From: a virus
UHGV virus genome: UHGV-0171754
Length of the DNA: 44,568 nt
Strand: one strand, 5' to 3'
In this document: positions 1 through 7,136 of the stretch, piece after piece
Numbering within the stretch: position 1 is the stretch's first letter
How the letters are laid out: each line of letters starts with the position of its first letter
Notes under the pieces: generated by a model
What the model saw: the letters and a program-made list of their open reading frames with translations, nothing else
What the model was told of the DNA's origin: nothing
The model's database searches: none
Position numbers and translations under genes: made by a program

Positions 1-300
1 GGGGCCAATGACCCCCGTCTAGTCTGAAAGACTGGGCTTTGTCCCGCCTGTCCCGATCGGCTAAACCCCGCGGCAGCACTGGCGGGGACAGGGGTGCTGT
101 CCCGCCTTGTCCCGCCCCATTCTGTCCCGCTTTTTGTCCCGTTTGTTTTATGCACGAAAACTGAATAGATATTCACATTTTGGAGGCGGGACAGATCGGG
201 ACAGCACCCCTGTCCCGCTTTTAATTTATGCAATGAAAGTGAGTATATATGCTGTTTAATGGTGGCGGGACAAAACGGGACGTCCCGCCTGTCCCGCTCC
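1..300. repeat. Element A: dense array of about 13 GTCCCGC / GCGGGAC heptamers in both orientations, following the junction hairpin
   Basis: Copies at about 41-47, 50-56, 83-90(rc), 99-106, 110-116, 124-130, 136-142, 186-193(rc), 197-203(rc), 212-218, 265-272(rc), 277-283(rc), 291-297; no ORF of note on either strand. Confidence 0.8.
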
Positions 301-301
301 G

Positions 302-978
302 TTATGCGGGGTTCTGCCGCGCCATTTCATCCAGCGCAACGCGTTCCATTAGCTTAATATCTTTAAACGCACGCTGCGCGTTTTCGACGCCATGCATCTT
401 AAACAGCCATTCCAGTACGCCGTAGTCGATGCCGTATGCGCCACCGAATCCGGTGCGCCATTGCGTGGAGCAATCTGTGAAGACGGCGACTACCTTCGCG
501 TTGTCGGGCCATAGCGCAACTGGTGGGCAAACATCTTCAGGGGCCGCGCCCCATAAACTCGCGGCTAAATCTTCGGAGGGTGGCGGCGGGCCATAAAAGC
601 GTCGCGCCGCCTCAATTAGTTTTTTTCACGCAATCCCATCAGTTCAAGATAGTACGACGTATGGAACACGCCGAACGCGCGAGGATAGTTAACTACCAGG
701 CGGCGGACGTTCTCCGCGTTAAATTCGTCAGGCAGATTCCAGCCTTCAGCGACGTGCATGATGGCCTCGACCATAACGTTAAAGCCTTCCGGGTCGTTGT
801 CGTCATATTCCGACAGCTTGCGCTCCGTGTCCTGCATGGTCTGCGAAAACTCGTCAATCGGGCGGTGGCGTACTGTAAACGTCATTTTACCCGGTTCGTT
901 CTCACCAGGGCGCGGGATCTCAATCGGCAGCTTAAAGGTCGGTTTAGGGTCTAGTGTAAAGAGTGGTGCTTTAGCCAT
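302..978 (-). CDS. Tail assembly chaperone GT fusion made by programmed -1 ribosomal frameshift
   Basis: Heptamer A AAA AAC (minus strand, plus coordinates 619-625) precedes stop TAA (616-618); the -1 frame stays open for 107 codons (LIEAARRFYGPPPPSEDL...DEMARQNPA) to TAA at 302-304. Confidence 0.6.
616..978 (-). CDS. Tail assembly chaperone (lambda gpG-like)
   Basis: 120 aa ORF starting MAKAPLF with GGAG RBS 8 nt upstream; lies between major tail protein and tape measure genes; ends in slippery site A AAA AAC directly before TAA. Confidence 0.65.
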   Translation of the reverse strand: MAKAPLFTLDPKPTFKLPIEIPRPGENEPGKMTFTVRHRPIDEFSQTMQDTERKLSEYDDNDPEGFNVMVEAIMHVAEGWNLPDEFNAENVRRLVVNYPRAFGVFHTSYYLELMGLREKN

Positions 979-994
979 TGTAGTATTCTCCAAT

Positions 995-1016
995 AAAAAG
1001 GGGCCATACAGGCCCC
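995..1016 (-). terminator. Intrinsic terminator after major tail protein gene
   Basis: Stem ggggcc/ggcccc with 5 nt loop, followed on the minus strand by a T5 run. Confidence 0.55.
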
Positions 1017-1046
1017 ATATTAACACCCGCTATTTAAGCGACCAAA

Positions 1047-1772
1047 TTACGACAGCGCTTCAACCAGGTCCTTACGGTAAATAACCATATCGGATTGCAT
1101 GGTCAGAGTAGACTCCACCGTCTCCACGTTGTTTACTTCAGCGGACGGAATCTTCTGGAAAGACACCTTAGCCGGGTAAATACGAATTTCACCTTTGCCG
1201 CTTGCCGCTGCCGGGTTGGTGAACTTAATCACAGTGGTTTTCTGTGTGTCGTCCAGGTCTTCCAGAATCGGGCGGATCGGGTCTTCTTCGTCGTGGGTGA
1301 AAGTGTAGGTCTGGACCAACGGGTTTTTCGTGGTATTCAGACTGATCGCAGTATTCACCTGCAACGGCTGGAAGGTAGTAGTCTGCTGGTCGCCACCAGA
1401 CACGGCGACGTTAGTGATAAACGGGAAGTCGATAAAGCTCGACACCTTCACCACCTCGCCTGGTGTGCCTACGCTGAAAGCACCGGTCGGGTATTTGGTG
1501 GCGTCTTGAGTATCGAAGCGCGCCAGCGTAACGTCGTTGGTAGCCACTTTACCCACGATGAACGCTCGGTTCAGCGCACGGACCCACGGAGTTTTAGTGA
1601 ACATTACCACGTCGCCGACTTTCAGGCCATGAGAAGCCGCGCAGGTGATAACGCAACCTTTCGTAAGGTCAGAGATAGACGCGGCGGCGTTGGTAGCTGC
1701 CGTAACAGCGATGCCGCTGCCCAGTACGGACCCAATCTGGACGCTAGACCCGTTAGGAAGTTGATAACCCAT
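1047..1772 (-). CDS. Major tail protein
   Basis: 241 aa from ATG (MGYQLPNG) with AGGAG RBS; position immediately upstream of G/GT chaperone; terminator follows. Confidence 0.7.
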   Translation of the reverse strand: MGYQLPNGSSVQIGSVLGSGIAVTAATNAAASISDLTKGCVITCAASHGLKVGDVVMFTKTPWVRALNRAFIVGKVATNDVTLARFDTQDATKYPTGAFSVGTPGEVVKVSSFIDFPFITNVAVSGGDQQTTTFQPLQVNTAISLNTTKNPLVQTYTFTHDEEDPIRPILEDLDDTQKTTVIKFTNPAAASGKGEIRIYPAKVSFQKIPSAEVNNVETVESTLTMQSDMVIYRKDLVEALS

Positions 1773-1833
1773 AATGAACACTCCTGTTTAGATATACGGT
1801 TCAATGATACAGCACGCGCAGAATAGCGCCAAA

Positions 1834-2256
1834 TCAGGCGCAACAGGTGTAGGGGACTGTAACCACGATGCGGGCGCGATCAACGTCCTCAACCACTGAA
1901 CTGGTGTATGGCGCGTCCTGAAGCTGGAATACAGCGCCGGAAATCTTTACCGCCAGCCACTTATCCGACGTAGCGATGGCGTCCGCCAGTTCGCTCGCGT
2001 ACTGTGTGCCAGTACCCGCGGGGAACACAACGGCAACCTGATAAACGCCTGCATATATTCTCCCCTTTTGCTGGAGGCCCACAAACTGGGTCGGGGCCGG
2101 TAGCAGGTACGGCTCCAGGTAGACACCACTCCCGATTGCGTGGTCCCCTTGCACGTTCTCCCAGTTAACCCGGATCGGACGCTGGCTTGTGCTCAGGCGC
2201 GCCGATAACTCTTCTACCACGCTGTTAAGCGCTTTGCGGATTGCGGTATTGCTCAT
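1834..2256 (-). CDS. Tail terminator protein (gpU-like)
   Basis: 140 aa; position directly upstream of major tail gene as in lambda U-V order; start overlaps upstream stop (TAATG). Confidence 0.5.
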   Translation of the reverse strand: MSNTAIRKALNSVVEELSARLSTSQRPIRVNWENVQGDHAIGSGVYLEPYLLPAPTQFVGLQQKGRIYAGVYQVAVVFPAGTGTQYASELADAIATSDKWLAVKISGAVFQLQDAPYTSSVVEDVDRARIVVTVPYTCCA

Positions 2257-2849
2257 TATTTCACCTTCGAATTAATTTCTGCCGCTACGACGCGAACAAT
2301 CCCCGCGGGCGCTTGTTTACTCCAGCCATACTCAAGTCGCTGCGCGTATGGCACGTTGTTAGTAAACCAGATCGACCCGTATTCACTCGAATCGTAGTGC
2401 GCCAGCACTTCACGCCCTGCGGCTAATGTTGCCGTTCCGGCCTTGTCCACGCGGTCAATAGCACCAACAGCCGGGCGGTCAAACGTCACCTGCCAGTTCC
2501 CCCGGAAGCGTCCGCCGGTGTAATTCTTCGCGGCCCAGCCACGCTGGCGGAACGTGACGTTGCCATTTTTAGTCTTGAATGATACCAGCACGCTGGCGTG
2601 CTTTTTCTGCCCGCGCTTCAGTTTGCCACCATTCTTGCGACGCTGCGCGGCGTTCACCTTGTTCGCGTGCTGGCGGGCCAGCGCGTAAGCCCTGTTAATT
2701 TTCCACCGGCGAGGGTCGCCCACCGGGGAGATCTCAATAAGGCGTCCGAGTATTTGCATCCCGTACGCCCGCACCGCCTTATCGTTGTTCTCCTTCGTCT
2801 TATCCACCCACGTAGCAATAGTGGCGGCGAATGAGTAGACTTCAGCCAC
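2256..2849 (-). CDS. Tail completion protein (gpZ-like)
   Basis: 197 aa; GTG start 1 nt after upstream stop with AAGGGG RBS; size and position match lambda Z. Confidence 0.45.
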   Translation of the reverse strand: MAEVYSFAATIATWVDKTKENNDKAVRAYGMQILGRLIEISPVGDPRRWKINRAYALARQHANKVNAAQRRKNGGKLKRGQKKHASVLVSFKTKNGNVTFRQRGWAAKNYTGGRFRGNWQVTFDRPAVGAIDRVDKAGTATLAAGREVLAHYDSSEYGSIWFTNNVPYAQRLEYGWSKQAPAGIVRVVAAEINSKVK

Positions 2850-2850
2850 G

Positions 2851-3204
2851 TTAGCCCCTTAGCTGTAGTTGAAACAGCATGGTCTGGCCTGCCGGTTGCA
2901 GGGGGTTTGGATTGATAACCCGGTAGTCTGTATTGTTCAGGCTAACCAAATCCCCGACCTTTACCTGATTGACGGCCTGACACAAAAACTTCACATCACC
3001 GGCAACGATACGCGTCCCGTCGATCTCGCTCGGCTTGTACTCCTCTCGAAGACCGATGACGTCAAACGAGGTCGGAGGGATGACCACTTCGTCGCCGTCT
3101 ACGCGGTCGACTGTACCAGGACGCGTCACCGTAGCCGTCATGCCGTACTTTTTAATCAGCGGATTGACTTTCCGCTTTAACCCCGCGTAATTAAAGCCCG
3201 CCAT
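2851..3204 (-). CDS. Head-tail joining protein (gpFII-like)
   Basis: 117 aa from ATG (MAGFNYAG) with GGAGG RBS; position between connector and tail completion genes. Confidence 0.5.
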   Translation of the reverse strand: MAGFNYAGLKRKVNPLIKKYGMTATVTRPGTVDRVDGDEVVIPPTSFDVIGLREEYKPSEIDGTRIVAGDVKFLCQAVNQVKVGDLVSLNNTDYRVINPNPLQPAGQTMLFQLQLRG

Positions 3205-3307
3205 TATCATCCTCCTGTACCGGTGGTTCCGGTTCTGGCGCTGGTTCCGGTTCTGGTTGGCGTTTAGTATTTGCGGCGATAATAGCCGCCAGTAATGCAG
3301 GATTCAT
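3191..3307 (-). CDS. Small Pro/Glu-repeat ORF (38 aa), hypothetical
   Basis: MNPALLAAIIAANTKRQPEPEPAPEPEPPVQEDDNGGL; ATG overlaps upstream stop (TAATATG); below the 60 aa track threshold; built on a tandem DNA repeat. Confidence 0.25.
   Translation of the reverse strand: MNPALLAAIIAANTKRQPEPEPAPEPEPPVQEDDNGGL
3224..3255. repeat. Tandem direct repeat ggttccggttctgg x2
   Basis: Two copies separated by cgct; encodes the PEPEP repeat on the minus strand. Confidence 0.7.
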
Positions 3308-3308
3308 A

Positions 3309-3809
3309 TTACCCCCGGAATACATCAAAATTACCCGCTGCGTTGCCGTCTGAGTCAATCCAGTGGCCCAGCAAGCCATCCCACCACGGGAACGAGACAC
3401 CGCTACCAATCGTCGCAGGGTCATATTCCATCGTGATCGGGCCAACAGTTTCGCGGATAGTCTCCTTACCGCTGCCCACAGGAGAAATATCAACCTCGTC
3501 CGCCACCAACATCGCCAACCGGTAAACGGCTTGCTCAACGGCAACGGGGATTGATGCGAAGTCTACTATTTGCCCTGCAGGCACTACTGCCAAAACTTCA
3601 GTGAGCGTGTCGCGCACCGGCTTGCCGTCAGATGGGTAATTGATGCGAGGCCATGCGTCGATGCCTGTCTGGTCTGCGGGTTCGCCGATCCAGTTGATGC
3701 CGTTAAGGAAGTCATTAACGACGGTGAGGTATCGCGTTGCATCGCTCAGCGTGACTTCAACGCCTCGCGCTGCGGCATAATCGACAAAGGTTTGCGGGTC
3801 GCCATACAT
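3309..3809 (-). CDS. Head-tail connector/adaptor protein (gp6-like)
   Basis: 166 aa from ATG (MYGDPQTFVDYAAARG) with GGAG RBS; immediately downstream of major capsid gene. Confidence 0.5.
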   Translation of the reverse strand: MYGDPQTFVDYAAARGVEVTLSDATRYLTVVNDFLNGINWIGEPADQTGIDAWPRINYPSDGKPVRDTLTEVLAVVPAGQIVDFASIPVAVEQAVYRLAMLVADEVDISPVGSGKETIRETVGPITMEYDPATIGSGVSFPWWDGLLGHWIDSDGNAAGNFDVFRG

Positions 3810-3824
3810 TTCATTCACTCCTAT

Positions 3825-3848
3825 AAAAAAGGCGGGCATAAGCCCGCC
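3825..3848 (-). terminator. Attenuator/terminator after major capsid gene
   Basis: Stem ggcgggc/gcccgcc with 4 nt loop, T-run on minus strand. Confidence 0.5.
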
Positions 3849-3867
3849 CCTTTGGGATGTGCGCCCG

Positions 3868-4968
3868 TTAAGACGCGGTAGTCTCAGTCAGCGTAACCAG
3901 TACGCCAGCCGTTTCCTTGATGTGACGGGTCGGCACTTCCTGTGCGGCCTGGGTCTTACGACGGCCTTTAGTATCACCATCACCCACAGCGCCAACATCT
4001 TGAACGGTTGCCGGTGCGTTGTCTACCTGGCCCTGGTCCAGCTCCCAGTTAGCGGAAGTGGTGATGTCGGACAGTTTGAACGAGCGGACGCCTTCGATCG
4101 GGGTACGAGCGGACGCCTTCAGACGATAGCCTTTAACAGCCACGTTGAAGTCGAACTCACCCTGCCACCAGCGCTCGATGTTCTCGTTACCGCCTTTCTC
4201 CTGCGCCAGCATATCAAGGCCGTTGGTGGTAACTGCAACCGCGCCAGGGACCAGGCCCAGCATGTTACCAGCACCCATAGCATCGGCAGCGGCATCGGAG
4301 ATAATGAAGCGACGGCCCAGGCCATCTCCCATTACCTGGAGATCGCCAATTGCGAATACCTGCTCGGCAGACGGGAGCGCCTGGTATGCAATAAAGTTTG
4401 CCCAGGTAACGCCGTCCATAAACCACGATTTAATCAAAGACGCCTGATCGCCGAACTTAGAAGCCGCCAGCGGGAAGTCTGCCAGGGTCGGGAAGGTACG
4501 ACCGCCAACGCCGTCAACGCGCGCCGGTTGGGTGTATTTTGCCGCTGCGTTGCTTTCGATCGCCGCTTTACCCGCACCGATACCCGCTTTCAGGTAGTGC
4601 AACAAAATCGCTTGAGTGGCCTGCGCCGCAATCTCAGCCGCAACGCTGTTAACGTTGGTTTCGATCTTAGCCATCATAGCCTTAGTGATTGCCACCGGAC
4701 CCACTTTCGCGGACAGGTTGACGGAGTTGGTCAGCATACGCGCCAGCACTTTTGCGGTCGCCGGAGTACCTACAGGGGCATAGGCGTTACGGTCGGTAAC
4801 TAGGTTGGCGATCAAGCCTACGGACATTTTTTCTACAACATCCTTCAGCACTTCACCCGTACCGAGAACAACAGCGCCATTTGCGGCGGCGTTGAACACG
4901 TTCAGGTTATCGGGGATCATTTGCGTAACCGCGGTGACGAGTTTACGCTGGAACACTGTTAAAGACAT
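3868..4968 (-). CDS. Major capsid protein
   Basis: 366 aa; AAAGGA RBS 7 nt before ATG; position after scaffold and before connector genes; sequence looks like a major capsid protein of the HK97-fold class; hairpin terminator follows. Confidence 0.8.
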   Translation of the reverse strand: MSLTVFQRKLVTAVTQMIPDNLNVFNAAANGAVVLGTGEVLKDVVEKMSVGLIANLVTDRNAYAPVGTPATAKVLARMLTNSVNLSAKVGPVAITKAMMAKIETNVNSVAAEIAAQATQAILLHYLKAGIGAGKAAIESNAAAKYTQPARVDGVGGRTFPTLADFPLAASKFGDQASLIKSWFMDGVTWANFIAYQALPSAEQVFAIGDLQVMGDGLGRRFIISDAAADAMGAGNMLGLVPGAVAVTTNGLDMLAQEKGGNENIERWWQGEFDFNVAVKGYRLKASARTPIEGVRSFKLSDITTSANWELDQGQVDNAPATVQDVGAVGDGDTKGRRKTQAAQEVPTRHIKETAGVLVTLTETTAS

Positions 4969-5065
4969 ATCGAAATCCTTTGAGTTGTGAGCATTCGCCC
5001 AGTACCGTTAATGTTACCTTAGATTTACGCGCTCGCAAAATCGCCCGCTTTCGCGGGCAATTTGC

Positions 5066-5767
5066 TTACTCGTCGCCCATTTTAGCGATGATTTCACCAG
5101 CCTGTTTCGTCAGATCGGTGATGCCGAAGCTGTGGCCCATAGAGATTTTCGACTTCACATCTTCGACAACATGCGTCGGTTTGCTCGGCGCACCACCGGC
5201 TGGCGTGCCAGCCAGGACGGATGCAAAATCGGCGTTATTACGGAACTCTTTTTCAAGCTCTTCCATAGTCAGCGCGGACGGTTTACCATCCTGCAAGACA
5301 CGCACCTTCAAGCTGCCGTCTTCGCCGTCTTCCAGCGTCAGGCGGTCCATTACGTGGCGTTGCATGATTCCAGCATTCTTACCGAACAGCTTCGAGGCCA
5401 AATCTTTGGCAGCGCTGCCGATGGTTAGATCGTGGATCTGCTTGCGGTAGGCTTCGATTTTTCCCGATGTGTCCGCTTCATGTTTTGCGAACTTATCTTT
5501 CCAGGACTTATCGATCGCTTCGAGGTCGCCATTTTTGCGCGCGGCGGCTTCCTCTTTCTCTTTCGCAAGGCGCTCAGCTTCGGCGCGACGTTCGGCTTCT
5601 GCTCTCTTCTCGCTAACCAGCTTCGCGTTGTTGTCTTTCAGACCCTTGATCTCCGCCTGTACTTCTTCGGCGGTCATGAACGTGGATTTATACCCATCGC
5701 CATCGGCAACAAATAAAGCCTTCATGCCTTCTGGCAACGCGTCATATTCTGCTTTAGTAAGTTTCAT
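5066..5767 (-). CDS. Scaffolding protein
   Basis: 233 aa from ATG (MKLTKAEYDAL) with AGGGGGA RBS; charged coiled-coil-like (KRAEAERRAEAERLAKEKEEAAARK); sits between morphogenesis and capsid genes. Confidence 0.6.
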   Translation of the reverse strand: MKLTKAEYDALPEGMKALFVADGDGYKSTFMTAEEVQAEIKGLKDNNAKLVSEKRAEAERRAEAERLAKEKEEAAARKNGDLEAIDKSWKDKFAKHEADTSGKIEAYRKQIHDLTIGSAAKDLASKLFGKNAGIMQRHVMDRLTLEDGEDGSLKVRVLQDGKPSALTMEELEKEFRNNADFASVLAGTPAGGAPSKPTHVVEDVKSKISMGHSFGITDLTKQAGEIIAKMGDE

Positions 5768-5857
5768 GCTATCCCCCTGGGATTGTGGCAAAGCGGGCCA
5801 CCCGCTTGACTTCACGCCTTAATATTATCAGCGATAAAAATAATCGCAAAATTCGCT

Positions 5858-5902
5858 TGCACTGCGGGAATTGGTTGCGCTATATTGGTTGCACACCAAC
5901 AA
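5858..5902 (+). promoter_or_regulatory. Sigma70-like promoter (TTGCAC-18-TATATT) with two TTGGTTGC octamers and a TTGGT-N5-ACCAA palindrome over the start site
   Basis: -35 at 5858-5863, -10 at 5884-5889, octamers at 5874-5881 and 5888-5895, palindrome at 5888-5902; near-identical to the leader at 15946-15960. Confidence 0.5.
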
Positions 5903-5915
5903 TGAGGACATAAAA

Positions 5916-6680
5916 ATGAGACTGACGAAAGACATTAAAAATCAGATCCTAGCTAACATCCTGCGCGACCACGAAATCGCTACCGAAGCCAAAACAATCA
6001 TGATGGACTCTCGCGACCTGGCGTACGCAATCACGCTGGACTGTATGCCGGACGGCATTCGCACATTCGCCGCGCTACGCGAGCATATCAAGGCAATCCG
6101 CGATGACCAGTCGCAGATGTACGGCGTCAGCGTATACACCAACAAGGCGACGTATAGTTATAACACCGACCGCCCGAAGGGTATCGGCAGCGTTTACGAC
6201 GCCACCTTTGAAATCAACGCAGGCGGAAATGTTCGCACCTTGTCCTTGAGCGGTGACGGTCGCCAATACCGCGTACATCGCGGATACTGGGAAGAGAAAT
6301 ATATGAATAAGCTCTCGCCTGATCTCGGCGATATCGTTCCGGGGTTCGAGACAGTTATGCTCGCGTCAGTGTGCGAAGTGGACGAGGAAGGGAAAGCGCT
6401 GCCGATATATCTCCCACGCGGTCGCGCAGACTACCCGGCGGACCATGACTTCTGTAAGCGCCTGGACCGCAACGACAAGGCACGTCGCGAGTTGCGTGCG
6501 AAGTATGACGCGTTCAAACTCACCGTTACCGGTGTACTGGACCTGCACAATACTGACAAGAAGCTGATTAAAGCATGGCCTGAAGTTGAGCAATTCATCC
6601 CATACCCGGACAAGCCAAAATCCACGGCGGTGGCGCTGGATGTGAAAACACTCAACGAGATTTGCGGCATTCCTCGCTAA
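5916..6680 (+). CDS. Hypothetical protein (254 aa), opposite-strand insertion in the morphogenesis module
   Basis: ATG (MRLTKDIKNQ) with GAGGA RBS 7 nt upstream; own promoter and a bidirectional terminator; no recognisable motif. Confidence 0.7.
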   Translation: MRLTKDIKNQILANILRDHEIATEAKTIMMDSRDLAYAITLDCMPDGIRTFAALREHIKAIRDDQSQMYGVSVYTNKATYSYNTDRPKGIGSVYDATFEINAGGNVRTLSLSGDGRQYRVHRGYWEEKYMNKLSPDLGDIVPGFETVMLASVCEVDEEGKALPIYLPRGRADYPADHDFCKRLDRNDKARRELRAKYDAFKLTVTGVLDLHNTDKKLIKAWPEVEQFIPYPDKPKSTAVALDVKTLNEICGIPR

Positions 6681-6685
6681 CGAAA

Positions 6686-6706
6686 AAGGGGCCATTATGG
6701 CCCCTT
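6686..6706. terminator. Bidirectional intrinsic terminator between convergent genes
   Basis: 9 bp stem aaggggcca/tggcccctt with 3 nt loop, A-run upstream and T-rich run downstream. Confidence 0.6.
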
Positions 6707-6925
6707 AATTATTTGCTGCAACTCCAGCACCTGCGCCCTTAGCTTCGCCCCGCATTCCATATTTTTCACGTCAATCATCAAATCTTCGTCGGGGTCCGCA
6801 GACGGGTTATCGAACTTGCACGGCGGTCGCAGTGCCGATTCCGTTAGCGGCATCAACGGCACGCTGCTTGATCCGCACGCGCTCAGCGTCAAAACTACAA
6901 TCAGGGCGGTTAGGGCGCGTAACAT
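6695..6925 (-). CDS. o-spanin (Rz1-like outer membrane lipoprotein)
   Basis: 76 aa from MLRALTALIVVLTLSAC; lipobox LSAC, proline-rich mature part; reading frame overlaps the 3' part of the i-spanin gene. Confidence 0.55.
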   Translation of the reverse strand: MLRALTALIVVLTLSACGSSSVPLMPLTESALRPPCKFDNPSADPDEDLMIDVKNMECGAKLRAQVLELQQIIKGP

Positions 6926-7136
6926 ATTTAACAACCTCTTTTGTGATAGTCCGGTATTCCACGTCGCGGGCTTGTTCTGCCTGCACGGAGCGCTCAATTA
7001 CTTTAGTTTGCTGCCGTTGGGCTTGGGATTGCGCTTCTTGCGCCGCCTTCGCCACTACGCCAGCGCGGTAGGAGTCACCTAGCCAGAATCCTACCGCCAG
7101 ACCCATAACCAGTCCAATAGCCGCATATTTAATCAC
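6807..7136 (-). CDS. i-spanin (Rz-like)
   Basis: 109 aa; N-terminal transmembrane segment (IKYAAIGLVMGLAVGFWLG), then charged coiled-coil region and a C-terminal Cys; GTG start overlapping upstream stop. Confidence 0.6.
   Translation of the reverse strand: MIKYAAIGLVMGLAVGFWLGDSYRAGVVAKAAQEAQSQAQRQQTKVIERSVQAEQARDVEYRTITKEVVKYVTRPNRPDCSFDAERVRIKQRAVDAANGIGTATAVQVR

Noticed and set aside
37-300. GTCCCGC arrays as a possible CRISPR array
   Set aside because: Repeat unit is only 7 nt, spacing is irregular (2-40 nt) and copies occur in both orientations; not CRISPR architecture.
523-954. 143 aa + strand ORF opposite the tail chaperone gene
   Set aside because: Antisense shadow of the chaperone and its frameshift extension; no RBS, and the region is accounted for by the minus-strand gene.
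1095-1826. 243 aa + strand ORF opposite the major tail protein gene
   Set aside because: Arg/His-rich antisense frame typical of a shadow ORF; the minus-strand gene has RBS, terminator and operon context.
3191-3544. 117 aa minus-strand ORF as a full-length gene
   Set aside because: Most of it overlaps the connector gene in another frame with no start signals; only the C-terminal 38 aa (3191-3307) has a plausible coupled ATG, and that is kept as a low-confidence call.
3859-4803. 314 aa + strand ORF opposite the major capsid gene
   Set aside because: Antisense shadow; the minus-strand frame has RBS, terminator and sequence character of a capsid protein.
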